DNA from: an uncultured Chloroflexia bacterium
Lineage (GTDB): Bacteria > Chloroflexota > Limnocylindria > Limnocylindrales > CSP1-4
Assembly: GCA_963720755.1 (NCBI GenBank)
Contig: CAVRGP010000006.1
Location: forward strand, 220,387-284,386
DNA: 64,000 bases
Direction: 5' to 3'
The first letter of the stretch is position 1, and each line of letters starts with the position of its first letter. The position numbers and the translations under genes are program-made. Below, one piece after another: positions 30,668 to 42,326 of the stretch. The notes beneath the pieces were generated by a model, which was given only the letters and a program-made list of their open reading frames with translations, made no database searches and had not been told where the DNA came from.

Positions 30668-31638
30668 GTGGCGGACCGATCCGTGCCGGCCATGGCCGCG
30701 GCGAGGCGGAGCTCAAGCGCCTGCAGCGGGGAGAAGTCCCGCAGGCGCAGGAAGCCGGCGGCGGCGGCGAGTCGGTCCTCGACCGGAGTCTCGACCGGCG
30801 CGCCCGCCCGGTCGGCGACCCCGAGGAATGCGGCCAGCGGGGCGAGTCCGATGAGCTCCGACTCCGCGAGTTCGACGCCGTCCTCGGCGGCGACTTCGCG
30901 GACCGTTTCCCAGACGAGCCACAGAGGTGTCGTCTCGAAATCGAGGAGGTTCATCGACACCTGGGCGCGTCCCAGCTCCTCGATCCAGAAGCCGTTGCCC
31001 TGGACCTTCGGGAGGCCGCCACCCGACTCGCGCACCCGGCGAGCGATCCGCTTGGCGAGTTCCACGTCCGCCGAGTCGAGGTTGATGTTGTAGGCGATGA
31101 GGAATGGCCGCGCGCCCACCGCGACCGCCCCGGCCGAAGGGTGGACGTGCGATGGCCCGTAGTCGGGTTCGCGCCCACTGAGCCCGATCTCCGCCTTCAG
31201 ACCCTCGTACTGGCCGCGTCGGACGTCGGCCAGCTTGACCCGGTCGGATCGACGCGCCGCGTTGGCATAGAGGAAGACCGGCAATTCGTGACGCGCCGCC
31301 AGGCGTTCGCCAAGCGTCTGGGCAAGTTCGATGCAGTCGTCCATCGTGGTGTCCGCGAGCGGCACGATGGGGATGACGTCGACCGCTCCGATCCTCGGAT
31401 GCTCGCCGGCATGGAGGTCCATATCGATCTCGTGGATCGCGGTCGCGACCAACCGATCGAGCGCGTCGAGGACCGGGCCGTGCTCGCCGGCGATCGTGAA
31501 CACGGAGCGGTTGTGACTGGCATCGCTCGTTCGGTCCAGGAGAAAGACCCCATCGCCGGACGTGATCGCCCCGGCAAGGCGATCGACAACGTCCAGCCGC
31601 CGGCCCTCGGAAACGTTGGGGACGGACTCGATCAGCAT
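30664..31638 (-). CDS. ftcD: Glutamate formiminotransferase
   Basis: ESVPNVSEGR, D.SHNRSV, GEHPRIGAVD, RRGQYEGL, QVSMNL. Confidence 0.95.
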   Translation of the reverse strand: MLIESVPNVSEGRRLDVVDRLAGAITSGDGVFLLDRTSDASHNRSVFTIAGEHGPVLDALDRLVATAIHEIDMDLHAGEHPRIGAVDVIPIVPLADTTMDDCIELAQTLGERLAARHELPVFLYANAARRSDRVKLADVRRGQYEGLKAEIGLSGREPDYGPSHVHPSAGAVAVGARPFLIAYNINLDSADVELAKRIARRVRESGGGLPKVQGNGFWIEELGRAQVSMNLLDFETTPLWLVWETVREVAAEDGVELAESELIGLAPLAAFLGVADRAGAPVETPVEDRLAAAAGFLRLRDFSPLQALELRLAAAMAGTDRSAT

Positions 31639-31753
31639 CCGACGATGCTAGTCCGCGCCGTCGGGCTCCGTCGGCTGGTCGAGCAGCGACGCTCGGTCGG
31701 GGTCGGCTTCGTTGACCGTGGGTCGGGCCGCCCGCGATACTGCGGTCCCACCG

Positions 31754-34700
31754 ATGGAGAGCGTGATCGGCGTGACCTGTTCGAACTGCGGCACCCCGAA
31801 CGAGACCGGACGGAAGTTCTGCCTTGAATGCGGCAGCGCCGCTGACGGCCGCCTGTCCTTCCTGCGGCGCCGCCAACGCGCCAGGCGCCAAGTTCTGCGG
31901 GGAGTGCGGGAGCGCCGTGGGCAGGCCGGGAACCCACGACTGGTGCGGCTCCCGCCACGACGCTCCCGACCATCCGGAGCGAGCACCCGTCTCCGAACGC
32001 CGCGTCGTCAGCGTCCTCTTTGCGGACCTCGTCGGGTTCACCACGCTCGCCGAGGGGCGCGACGCCGAGGACGTCCGCGAGCTCCTCGGACGCTACTTCG
32101 AGATGAGCCGGGACATCGTCGCCCGGTACAACGGGACGGTCGAGAAGTTCATCGGTGACGCCGTGATGGCCGTGTGGGGAACACCGGTCGCCCAGGAGGA
32201 CGACGCCGAGCGCGCGGTCCGGGCGGCCCTCGACCTGGTCGTGGCCGTGCGACTCCTCGGCGAAGAGGCCGAGGTCCCGGGACTGGCGCTCCGTGCCGGC
32301 GTGCTCACCGGTGAGGCCGCGGTCACGCTCGGGGCGACGGACCAGGGCATGGTCGCCGGTGACCTCGTGAACACCGCATCCCGGCTCCAGTCGGTCGCCG
32401 CGCCCGGTTGGGTGCTCGTCGGCGAGGCGACCCAACGTGCGTCGAGCGATGCCATCGCCTACGAGCCGGCGGGAGACCACGAACTCAAGGGCAAGGAAAC
32501 ACCGGTGACCGCGTTCCGGGCGCTCCGGGTCATCGCGAAGCGGCGGGGCGAGGGACGCAGCGACCAACTCGAGGCACCGTTCGTCGGCCGCGAGGCCGAG
32601 CTCCGGATTGATCAAGGACTTCTACCATGCCACCTCACATGAGCGCGGGGTCCGGCTTGTCTCCGTGCTCGGGCAGGCGGGGATCGGCAAGTCGCGCCTC
32701 GCCTGGGAGTTCCTGAAGTACATCGACGGGCTGGGTGAAGACGTCTACTGGCACCAGGGTCGGTCGCCCAGCTATGGCGACGGGATCACGTTCTGGGCGC
32801 TCGGCGAGATGGTCAGGATGCGGCTCCATGTCGGGGAGGACGACGATGAGGCCACGACCCGGCTGCGCCTGACCGAGTGCCTCGACGAGTTCGTCGAGGC
32901 GGCCGACGAGCGAGCCATGGTCGAGGGAGCCCTCCTCCAGCTGCTCGGCATCGAGGAACGTCCAGGGCGCGACCGCGACGAATTGTTCGCGGCATGGCGG
33001 ATGTTCTTCGAGCGGATCGCAGAAAAGGGAACCGTCGTCCTCGTCTTCGAGGATCTCCAGTGGGCGGACGACGGCCTGGTCGACTTCGTCGAGGAGATGC
33101 TGGCGTGGTCGCGTGGGCGGTCCATCTACATCATCACCCTCGCCCGACCGGAGCTTCTCGACCGACGCCCGAACTGGGGGGCCGGCCAGCGCGCGTTCAC
33201 CTCGATCGGCCTGGGGCCGCTCCAGGATGCCGAGATGGAGGAGATGCTCGGAGGACTTGTGCCGGGTCTCCCGGATGCGGCCATGTCGACCATCCTCGAG
33301 CGCGCGGACGGGATCCCCCTCTACGCGGTCGAGACCGTCCGGATGCTGCTCAACGACGGGCGCCTCGAGCGCGAAGGCCACGTCTATCGACCGGTCGGCG
33401 ATCTGACAGACCTCGCCGTCCCCGAGTCGCTCCACGCCCTCATAGCAGCACGGATGGACGGTCTCCCCCCGAAGGAGCGGACCATCCTCCAGGACGCGGC
33501 CGTGCTCGGGCATTCCTTCACCCTCGAAGCCCTGGCAGGCGGTCGCCGGGGCCACGCCGGCGGACGTCGGGCTCGCCCTCCGCCATCTCGCCCATCGCGA
33601 GTTGATCGTCATGGACGTCGATCCGCGGTCGCCCGAACGCGGCCACTACCGGTTCGTCCAGGGCCTGATCCAGGAGGTCGCCTACGGGACGCTTGCCAGG
33701 CGAGATCGCCGGGCGCGTCACCTCGCGGCGGCGCGGTACTTCGAGTCCGTCGGCGACGACGAAGCTCGCTGGGGTCCTCGCCCAGCACTACCTCGATGCC
33801 TACCGGGCTCAACCCGAAGGTGCCGAGGGTGCCGCCATCGCGGCCCGAGCGCGAGTGGCGCTCCGGGCCGCCGCGCAACGAGCGGCTGGGCTCGGCGCAC
33901 ATCGCAGTGCCTACGGCTATTGGCTCCTGGCGCTGGAGGTCGTCGGGTCGGGCGAGGAGGAATACGAGCTCCGGATGGCCGCGGGCGACAGCGCACGGCA
34001 TGCCGGTCTGCTCGAGACGGCGCCGAGCCATTTCGAACGAGCCATCGACCTCGCGACCGAAACCGGGGACGACGTCGGCCGGCGACGTGCGATCGCCTTC
34101 CTCGGTGAGATCTTCCACGAGGGGTACCTTGAGCGGGGGGTGAAGCTCGTCTCGACGGCGATGGCCGAGCCGGGCCTCGACCCCAGACGACGAGGGCTAT
34201 CTCGAACTGGCCGCGATCTATGCCAAGCTCCTCATGCGTGTCGGCGAGAACCAGCCGAGCGTGGACATGGCGGACAAGGCGCTGGATAGCAGGAGCGTCG
34301 CGCCTGGATAACGCCGCGATCCTGGATCTGCTCATCACCCGGGGCACGGCGCTGGCGATCCATGGATCGCCTGCTCGAGGCGGTGACGACGCTGACCGGT
34401 AGCCGCATCCTGGCGGATCGACTTGGCTTGACGCGACGCATTCATCCGCGTCGTCGATCAACCTGGCCTATGCCCTACGAACCCGACGATCTTCGTCGCG
34501 GGGTTCGAGATCTCGCTTGACGGCCTCACCCGCGCCCGTCGTTACGGACGACGCGGTCGACATCCGATATCTGCTCGGCAACGCCTGCGATGGGGCGCTC
34601 CAGGTCGGTGCGATGGGACTGGGTGCTCCAGCAGGTAGGCGACGAGTTGCGGGACGATCTCGAGGCACCCGACCAGATCTTCTTCGGTAGCAACGGAGAT

Positions 34701-35344
34701 CCGAGATCCTGGCCGCGCGTGGCGAGGACTGTCTCCTGCGCGTCTCCTGGAATTGCAGGACCTGGCGGCGCCCTTCGACGACGAGCCAGTACCTCTCGCT
34801 GGTCGACGAGGCTCAGCGAGGCTGCGGGGCTGGCGTCTCGGACAGCTCGGATCCGTCATCGACTTGTGCCGGAGCGGCGCTTGCCCGAGGGGCCCACTGG
34901 CCAGTGGGATGCCGTCTTTGGGGCTCGAGCGGCAACCTGGCTCGGCGACGCGTCGTGCCGTCAGGGAGATGATCGAGGCGTGGGGCAATTCGAGGGGCGG
35001 GCGCTACACCTCGGCACTCGAGGTGACGATGCGAGGCTGGTCTGGCCGCGCTCGAGGGACGCCACGACGATGCTCGTGCCGGCCTACGCGGAAGCACAAC
35101 GGTCCCTACGGGAACTGGGGCATCGATCGTGCCACTGGCGATGTGTCAACTCGACCTGGTCATCGTCGGGGCGATGGAGCCGGCGGAACGCCAGCGCGCT
35201 GCCGACGAAGCGCGGGCGACCTTCGAGCAGCTCGGGATGCGGCCATACCTCGAGCGTCTCGACCAGGCGCTCGGGACGGCGCCGGTCAGGACCGCCGCCC
35301 CTTCCAGCATCGCCGCCGATGCGGAGGTCGGCCGACCAGCCTGA
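31754..35344 (+). pseudogene. Double-zinc-ribbon / adenylate cyclase / AAA ATPase / TPR protein broken by multiple frameshifts
   Basis: CSNC..KFCLECG, LFADLVGFT, KFIGDA, GQAGIGKS, FEDLQWAD and GIPLY are spread over several frames. Confidence 0.8.
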
Positions 35345-35412
35345 AGCAGCGGGCGCGAGCCGGGTGGCGGGCCGCCGGGCGCGGGCTCGGGCAGGCCGCG
35401 TCTCGATCGAAT

Positions 35413-37092
35413 TCAGGCTGGATCCTCGAGCATCGGCACGCGGACACCGCGCTCCCTGGCGACTTCGATCGCCCGGTCGTAGCCGGCATCGACGTGGCGG
35501 ATGACGCCCATCGCCGGGTCGGTCGTCAGGACGCGCTCAAGCTTCTGGGCGGCCAGGTCCGTGCCGTCGGCGACGACGACCATGCCGGCATGCTGCGAGT
35601 AGCCGATGCCCACCCCGCCGCCGTGATGGATCGACACCCATGAGGCCCCGGCAGCTGTATTGACCAGCGCGTTGAGCAGCGGCCAGTCTGCCACCGCGTC
35701 GGACCCGTCGGCCATCGCCTCCGTCTCGCGGTTCGGTGAGGCCACGGACCCGGCATCGAGATGGTCCCGGCCGATGACGATCGGCGCGCTGACCTCGCCC
35801 GTCCTGACCAGCTCGTTGAAGGCGAGCCCGGCCTTGGCTCGTTCGCCATAGCCGAGCCAGCAGATCCGGGCGGGCAGGCCCTGGAACGGGACCCGCGCCT
35901 GGGCCATCCGGATCCACCGATGCAGGCCAGCGTCAGCCGGGAACAGTTCCAGCACGGCCTGATCCGTCCGGAGGATGTCCGCAGGATCGCCCGACAGCGC
36001 CGCCCAGCGGAACGGCCCGCGACCCTCGCAGAACTGTGGCCGGATGAACGCCGGCACGAACCCCGGATAGTCGAAGGCGTCGCCGACGCCCGCGTCGAAG
36101 GCCTGGGCCCGCAGGTTGTTGCCGTAGTCGAAGACGACCGAGCCGGCCCGCTGGAAGGCGAGCATCGCCCGCACGTGGTCGGCCATCGCCCGTCGCGATC
36201 GTCGCTCGTACTCGTCGGGCATCGCGGCGCGGAGCTCGAGCGCGTCGGCGAGGGTCATCTCGGCCGGCACGTACCCGCCCAGGGCGTCGTGGGCCGACGT
36301 CTGGTCGGTGACCAGGTCGAAGCGTTCCCCGGCCGCCGCCCACGCCGGCTCGATCTCGGCCGCATTCCCGACGAGAGCGATGCTCAGCGGCTCACCCGCG
36401 GCGGCCGCGTCCCGGGCCCAGGTGAGCGCCTCGGCCGGGTCCTCGGTCAGACGGTCCACGTAACCGATCTCGAGACGGCGCCTGGCCCGCGCCTGGTCGA
36501 CTTCGATCACGATCGCGACACCGTCGTTCATCGTCACGGCCAGCGGTTGGGCGCCGCCCATCCCACCCAGACCGGCGGTCAGGGTCACGGTGCCGCGCAG
36601 GCTGCCGTCGAAGTGCTGCCGGCCCGCCTCGGCGAACGTTTCATAGGTGCCCTGGAGGATCCCCTGGGTCCCGATGTAGATCCAGGACCCTGCGGTCATC
36701 TGGCCGTACATCATCAGGCCGTCGCGCTCGAGCTTGCGGAAGACCTCCCAGGTCGCCCATTTGCCGACAAGGTTGGAGTTGGCGATGAGCACGCGCGGCG
36801 CCCACGGGTGGGTCCGGACGACGCCGACCGGCTTGCCCGACTGGACGAGCAGGGTCTCGTCGCCCTCGAGCCGGCGAAGCTCCCGGACGATCGCGTCGAA
36901 GGCAGCCCAGGAACGAGCCGCTCGGCCCGTCCCCCCATAGACGACGAGGTGGTCGGGATCCTCCGCAACCTCCGGATCGAGATTGTTCATGAGCATCCGG
37001 AGTGCCGCTTCCTGCTCCCAGCCACGGCAGGTCAGCTCGGTCCCGCGGGGAGCGCGGACGGGGCGGGCACCGACGGCAGACATGGCGGACAT
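35413..37092 (-). CDS. hutU: Urocanate hydratase
   Basis: [40 protein letters not shown]. Confidence 0.97.
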   Translation of the reverse strand: MSAMSAVGARPVRAPRGTELTCRGWEQEAALRMLMNNLDPEVAEDPDHLVVYGGTGRAARSWAAFDAIVRELRRLEGDETLLVQSGKPVGVVRTHPWAPRVLIANSNLVGKWATWEVFRKLERDGLMMYGQMTAGSWIYIGTQGILQGTYETFAEAGRQHFDGSLRGTVTLTAGLGGMGGAQPLAVTMNDGVAIVIEVDQARARRRLEIGYVDRLTEDPAEALTWARDAAAAGEPLSIALVGNAAEIEPAWAAAGERFDLVTDQTSAHDALGGYVPAEMTLADALELRAAMPDEYERRSRRAMADHVRAMLAFQRAGSVVFDYGNNLRAQAFDAGVGDAFDYPGFVPAFIRPQFCEGRGPFRWAALSGDPADILRTDQAVLELFPADAGLHRWIRMAQARVPFQGLPARICWLGYGERAKAGLAFNELVRTGEVSAPIVIGRDHLDAGSVASPNRETEAMADGSDAVADWPLLNALVNTAAGASWVSIHHGGGVGIGYSQHAGMVVVADGTDLAAQKLERVLTTDPAMGVIRHVDAGYDRAIEVARERGVRVPMLEDPA

Positions 37093-37163
37093 GGTGGTGA
37101 CAGGTTACCCGTGCAGCCCGGCCATGACGAGGTCGTCGGGCATCCGCGCCCCGGCCGAGCAGA

Positions 37164-37964
37164 TCAGGCGAACTCGAGACGCATGACCGGGAACCGGTCG
37201 TCCGCGATCGCCCGCGCGAACCCGACCAATTCCCAGAACGCCGGGGTCGCGCCACTGGTCGCGTCCGGCCGTGCGCCGATCTCCGGGTACGTCTCCACGG
37301 CGGTGAACCCCCGGGCTTCCAGGTCGTCGCAGACCGCCGCGACGAGGACGCGGGCCAGCCCTTCGCCCCTGGCATCGGCGGTCGTGGCGATGCAGGTGAT
37401 GACCGCCGGCAGGGGCTGATCGGGGAGGGACGGATACAGCTCGCGGGTGCGCTGGGCGCGCGGGTAGGCGGTCAGCGGCCCGAATTGCGCATAGACCGTC
37501 GGGCGATCGTCCCGGAGCAGGACCTTCGCGAAGCTGCCGCTGACCCCCAGACCGCGTCCCAGCAGCTGCAGCTTCCTTGGCGCGTCGGTCCCGACCGTGG
37601 GGCGGGCGACCGGCTTCGGGGCGAACGGGTTCTCGACCGGGCCGTCGTCGTCATCGCCCGGCGTCAGGAACGGGTTGGCGGGCCGGCCGCTCGCGGAGGC
37701 GAACGGATTGGCGAGCGGCGTTGCGGCCTCGCGATCGGCGAGGAACGGGTTCGCCGGTGGTGCCTTGGCTGCCGTTCCCTGGGCCCTCGTGGAGCGCGGC
37801 GCGACGGGTTCCAGCCAGCTCAGACGAGCCGCTTTCGAGCCGTGGTCCGCATCCTCCCAGTAATCGCACGAGCGGTGGTCGAACCCGGGGTCGGCGCACG
37901 GCGGCATCAGACCGAAGGCCGCGGCGTCGGTCACATCGACGATCCGGATGGACGGGTCGGCCAT
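37164..37964 (-). CDS. GNAT-fold protein with a low-complexity NPF-repeat insert
   Basis: C.YWE N-terminus; AVITC...RGEGLA...GFTAVETYP. Confidence 0.65.
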   Translation of the reverse strand: MADPSIRIVDVTDAAAFGLMPPCADPGFDHRSCDYWEDADHGSKAARLSWLEPVAPRSTRAQGTAAKAPPANPFLADREAATPLANPFASASGRPANPFLTPGDDDDGPVENPFAPKPVARPTVGTDAPRKLQLLGRGLGVSGSFAKVLLRDDRPTVYAQFGPLTAYPRAQRTRELYPSLPDQPLPAVITCIATTADARGEGLARVLVAAVCDDLEARGFTAVETYPEIGARPDATSGATPAFWELVGFARAIADDRFPVMRLEFA

Positions 37965-37970
37965 CGAGGT

Positions 37971-39578
37971 TCAGCCTGTGAGATCGACGAGCGCACCGTC
38001 GTGGATCAGCCCGTGGGCGACCGCCAGATCCGGTCCCGGCTCGCGGTCGCCGTCGAGATGGCGGACCTGCGCCCGGACCCGGCTGAGCGCGTCGGCGACC
38101 CCCGTCCCCGGCGCTCCGGCCGCCAGGGTACCGAGCCGCAGGTCCAGGGCCTGGCAGGCGACGAGCAACTCGATGGCCAGGATCCGCTCGACATGCTCCA
38201 GGATCGTGCGGGCGTGCCGGGCAGAGATCGAGCCCATCGAGACGTGGTCCTCCTGGTTCGCGCTGGTCGGGATCGAATCGACCGACGCCGGATGCGCGAG
38301 GACCTTGTTCTCGGAGGCGAGGGCTGCGGCCGTGTACTGGTAGATCATCATCCCGGAATCGATCCCCGACGACGCCGCGAGGAACGGGGGCAGCCCACCG
38401 TTGAGCCGCGGATCGACCAGCAGTGCGGTCCGGCGCTCGCTGATCGAGCCCAGCTCTGCCAGGGCGATCTTCGCGAAGTCGAGGGCCAGGGCGATCGGCT
38501 CCCCATGGAAGTTGCCGCCGCTGATCACTCGACCGCCGCCGGTCGCGATCGTCGTCTCGTCGGCGACGCCACCGCCCGGGAAGACGAGGGGGTTGTCGGT
38601 CGCCGAGTTGAGCTCGATGTCGAGGACGCGACGGAGGTGGTCGAGGGTATCGCGGACCGCGCCGTGGACCTGCGGCACGCAGCGCAGCGAGTACGGATCC
38701 TGGACCTTGTGGGTGTCGGCGTGGTGGCCGGTCTGCAGACTGCTGTCCCGGAGGAGATGGCGAAGCTCGGCGGCCACGGCGATCTGTCCGGGATGCGGTC
38801 GCGCGAGCTGGTACGCCGCGGCGAAGGCGACGTCCGTCCCAAGGAGCGCCTCGACGCTGATCGCCGCGACGACGCTGGCCGAGCGGGCAAGTCGGTCGGC
38901 GTCGGCCAGGACGAGCGCACCGATCGCGCCCATCATCTGGGTGCCATTGAGCAGGGCCAGCCCTTCCTTGGCCTCGAGCCGGAGTGGCTCCAGCCCGGCG
39001 TCGCGCAACGCCACGGCGGCCGGCATGACCGACCCGCCGACCTCGACTTCACCGCGACCGATCAGCGGCAGGGCCAGATGGGCGAGCGGAGCCAGATCCC
39101 CTGAGGCCCCGACGCTCCCCTGCTCCGGCACGACCGGGTGGATCTCGCGACGCAGCAACTCGAGCAGACGGTCGACGAGCAGGGGCCGGCAGCCACTGTG
39201 GCCAAGGGCCAGCGTGTTGGCCCGCAACAGCAGCATCGCCCGCACGATCTCGCGCGGGAAGGCCTGACCGACTCCCGCCGCGTGGCTCATCAGGAGGTTC
39301 TCCTGGAGCCGACCGGCCTGATCGGGTTCGATGGTCGTGGAGGCGAGGGCACCGAACCCCGTCGTCACGCCGTAGACGACCGCTCCCTCCGCGACGAGCG
39401 TCTCGATGAGGTCGCGGGCCTCCTGCATCCGCTCGCGAGCGTGGACGTCGAGGGTCGCGTCGGCACCGCCCCGGGCCACGGCCTCGACATCGTCGATGGT
39501 CAGATCCGCGCCGGTCAGCACGACCGGGCTGTCCGCCCGACGGTCCGGGTAGAAGTGCGGGACCTCCGGCTCAGTCAC
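37971..39578 (-). CDS. hutH: Histidine ammonia-lyase
   Basis: VYGVTTGFG, GSVGASGDL (MIO motif), QDPYSLRC, GGNFHG, NQEDHVSM. Confidence 0.97.
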   Translation of the reverse strand: MTEPEVPHFYPDRRADSPVVLTGADLTIDDVEAVARGGADATLDVHARERMQEARDLIETLVAEGAVVYGVTTGFGALASTTIEPDQAGRLQENLLMSHAAGVGQAFPREIVRAMLLLRANTLALGHSGCRPLLVDRLLELLRREIHPVVPEQGSVGASGDLAPLAHLALPLIGRGEVEVGGSVMPAAVALRDAGLEPLRLEAKEGLALLNGTQMMGAIGALVLADADRLARSASVVAAISVEALLGTDVAFAAAYQLARPHPGQIAVAAELRHLLRDSSLQTGHHADTHKVQDPYSLRCVPQVHGAVRDTLDHLRRVLDIELNSATDNPLVFPGGGVADETTIATGGGRVISGGNFHGEPIALALDFAKIALAELGSISERRTALLVDPRLNGGLPPFLAASSGIDSGMMIYQYTAAALASENKVLAHPASVDSIPTSANQEDHVSMGSISARHARTILEHVERILAIELLVACQALDLRLGTLAAGAPGTGVADALSRVRAQVRHLDGDREPGPDLAVAHGLIHDGALVDLTG

Positions 39579-39637
39579 CGCCCGAGGATAGTCGGCTATG
39601 CTCGGCCGCGCCCAGCAGAACCGCCCATGAGGTCAGT

Positions 39638-40315
39638 GTGCTCGCCTTCATCGATGAGATCGTCATCCCGTTCCTGAACAACCTGTACGGCGCGGTCGGC
39701 TACCTCGGGGTCATGATCGCCATGGCCATCGAGTCGGCGATGATCCCGCTGCCGTCCGAGTTGATCCTGCCGTACGCGGGGTTCCTGGTCTCCGATCCGA
39801 GCCAGCTGGAACCACTCACCGGGCAACCCTGGAACTTCTGGATCGTCGTCATCGTGGCGACCATCGGGAACACACTCGGCTCGCTCGTCGCCTACGCAAT
39901 CGGCGCCTACGGCGGACGGCCGTTCCTCGAGCGCTACGGCAAGTACCTGCTCATCCGGCCGCACGAGATCGACCTGGCCGACCAGTTCTTCGCCGACCAT
40001 GGTGGTGCCACGGTGTTCATCGGCCGCCTGCTCCCCATCGTGCGGACGTTCATCAGCTTCCCGGCCGGCGTCGCCCGGATGCGCCTGTCGACGTTCGTGA
40101 TCTACTCGACCGCCGGCGCGTTCCTGTGGTCGACCCTGCTCGTCTGGGCCGGCGTCCTGCTCGGCGAGAACTGGGAGCAGATCCGGAAGGCTCTCCAGCC
40201 GTTCGACCTCCTCATCGCCGTCGTCGTGGTCGTCGCGGTCATCGTCTTCATCTGGTGGCGCCTTGGGATGCCGGGGCGGCCCGGCCGCCGCGGCGGTGAT
40301 CAACCAGCTCCCTGA
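39638..40315 (+). CDS. DedA family membrane protein
   Basis: ES..IPLPSE, GRLLPIVRTFISFPAG. Confidence 0.92.
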   Translation: MLAFIDEIVIPFLNNLYGAVGYLGVMIAMAIESAMIPLPSELILPYAGFLVSDPSQLEPLTGQPWNFWIVVIVATIGNTLGSLVAYAIGAYGGRPFLERYGKYLLIRPHEIDLADQFFADHGGATVFIGRLLPIVRTFISFPAGVARMRLSTFVIYSTAGAFLWSTLLVWAGVLLGENWEQIRKALQPFDLLIAVVVVVAVIVFIWWRLGMPGRPGRRGGDQPAP

Positions 40316-40622
40316 GGTCGTCGGCGAGCGAGAAGGGTGGCGCCATCCTCCGTGGCCAGCGTCCGGGCCGGACCTGGCATGGCCCGACCGACGCGCCCCG
40401 ACCTGGCAGGATTCCCATGCACAGAACGCTATGGCAGGTGATCGGCCGATCTGGGCTGGCCTCGGGCATCGATCGCGCGATGACGAGCCCGACCCACGCT
40501 CAGACCGCGCCGACCATGCGTCGCGCGTGGGCGACGTGACTCGCCAGGCCCGGGCTTCTTCGCATAGCGGTCCACCCATGATCGTTCTGCCAAGTAGTGC
40601 CCAATCTGATCGCAGGCAGCCG

Positions 40623-40702
40623 GCCGCGCCGTGGCCCGAGCCGGCCGCAGCCGCTCAGCCGCGCCGTGGCCCGAGCCGGCCAGGCCCGCTCAGCCGCGCC
40701 GT
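40623..40702. repeat. Imperfect 35-bp tandem repeat (about 2.3 copies) at the MFS 3' end
   Basis: GCCGCGCCGTGGCCCGAGCCGGCC at 40623 and 40658; partial copy at 40693. Confidence 0.7.
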
Positions 40703-41958
40703 TCCTCGGGCGGTCGGACGTTGCGGAATTCGCGGTACATCAACAGGTCGTAGGCGATCTTGAACCCGCCGGCCAGATAGAACGGCAGGGCGGCATAGCC
40801 GGCACTGGCCACGAGCACCGACGAGAACGACGGCGAGATCGCGGCGCCGGTCGTCCGCGCCACGCCGGTCACGCCCGCCGCGGCCGAACGCTCGTCCGGA
40901 TCGACCACGGCCATGACGTACGACTGCCGCGTCGGGACATCCATCTGGCTCAGGCTGAAGCGCAGCAACAACACCGCGACCGCCAACGGCAGCGTCGGCA
41001 TGATCGGGACAAGGATGAGCAGAACGTTCGACGGGATGTGGGTGAAGACCATCGTGTTGATCAGGCCGAACCGGGCGGCGATCCGTGCAGCCGACAGCGA
41101 CGACACGGCAGCGAGCAGGTTCGCAGCGAAGAAGATCGCCCCGAGCAGGGCCGGATCCGCCCCGTACTGCAGGTGGAACCAGTAGGCCATCAGGCTCTGA
41201 GGGATGAACCCACCGCCGAACGCATCGATCGAGAACAGGACCGACAGCTTGAGCACGACCGCCTTCGAGCGGTGTAGCCCGAACCGGCGCCGGATCCCGT
41301 CGTTGGTCACCGCCGCCGGCGGCGCCTCGATCGCTGCATCGAGCCGCCAGAAGCCGATGGCCATGGATGCCCCGATGACCGCATAGCCGAGGACGATCGC
41401 CCGGTACGCGTCCAATGGGGCCACGCCGCCATTGAGCAGCGCCTGGCTGAGGAGCCCCGCCCCGAGGGCGCCGGTCGCCGTCGCGACGTAGCCGACGAGG
41501 TTGTACCAGGCGAACGTCGCCGTCCGGCGCCGGTCCGGGACCGTCTGGGTCAGGGCCGCCTGCTCGATCGCCAGGAACGGTCCGACCTCGTTGCCGGTCG
41601 GGGAGATGACGCCGATCGCCCCGGCCAGGATCAAGAGCGGGAGCCAGGTTGTCCAGGCGAAGACGATCCCAGCCACGATCATCAGGACCGCCCCAGCCAC
41701 CAGGACCCGACGCCGGCCGAGGCGGTCGGCATTCGTCGTGAGCCACAGTGAGATGAACGTGTCGCCGATGAGGGTCAGGGTGAGGACGATCCCGATCGCC
41801 AGTGGGTCGAGGCCGGCGGCGGCGAGGTAGAGGACCAGGACGACCGCGAGGAACCCGTAGCCGAACATGCGGAGCGTCCGCATCGCGAAGAGCAGCCGGC
41901 CATCGCGGTCGAGTCCGCGCAGGCTGGCGACGAGCCCGTGGTCAGGGGTCTGGGTCAC
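40690..41958 (-). CDS. MFS transporter
   Basis: About 12 TM; ADRLGRR; SQMDVPTRQSY. Confidence 0.9.
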   Translation of the reverse strand: MTQTPDHGLVASLRGLDRDGRLLFAMRTLRMFGYGFLAVVLVLYLAAAGLDPLAIGIVLTLTLIGDTFISLWLTTNADRLGRRRVLVAGAVLMIVAGIVFAWTTWLPLLILAGAIGVISPTGNEVGPFLAIEQAALTQTVPDRRRTATFAWYNLVGYVATATGALGAGLLSQALLNGGVAPLDAYRAIVLGYAVIGASMAIGFWRLDAAIEAPPAAVTNDGIRRRFGLHRSKAVVLKLSVLFSIDAFGGGFIPQSLMAYWFHLQYGADPALLGAIFFAANLLAAVSSLSAARIAARFGLINTMVFTHIPSNVLLILVPIMPTLPLAVAVLLLRFSLSQMDVPTRQSYVMAVVDPDERSAAAGVTGVARTTGAAISPSFSSVLVASAGYAALPFYLAGGFKIAYDLLMYREFRNVRPPEERRG

Positions 41959-42046
41959 GTCGGCGAGTGTAGGGGCGAGGACATGGGGACGTGGCGTCTC
42001 GATGCCCCGGTCTGCCAGAATGTCGCCGGAGGTGGTTAACCCGACG

Positions 42047-42271
42047 ATGAGCACGATGCCGCACGACACGGACGTTCCCGGTCACGTCGACGCCGAAACC
42101 CACCACGTCACGAGCGACCACGGCGACGACCACGGGCACGACGATCACGCCCACGCCGAGGAGCCACTCGGCCCGATCGATGTCGCGGCGTGGGGTGCAG
42201 GGCTGCTCGGCGTGATCGCCGGCCTGCTCGTGGCTGCCTGCTTCGTCCTGGCGACGTCGGGCCTCGGCTGA
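42047..42271 (+). CDS. Small His/Asp-rich membrane protein
   Basis: HHVTSDHGDDHGHDDHAH followed by a TM helix. Confidence 0.6.
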   Translation: MSTMPHDTDVPGHVDAETHHVTSDHGDDHGHDDHAHAEEPLGPIDVAAWGAGLLGVIAGLLVAACFVLATSGLG

Positions 42272-42326
42272 TCCCAGGCACGGGCGGCGTCACCGGACCG
42301 GACCCGCGCGCCTCGAGGGTGTCTCG

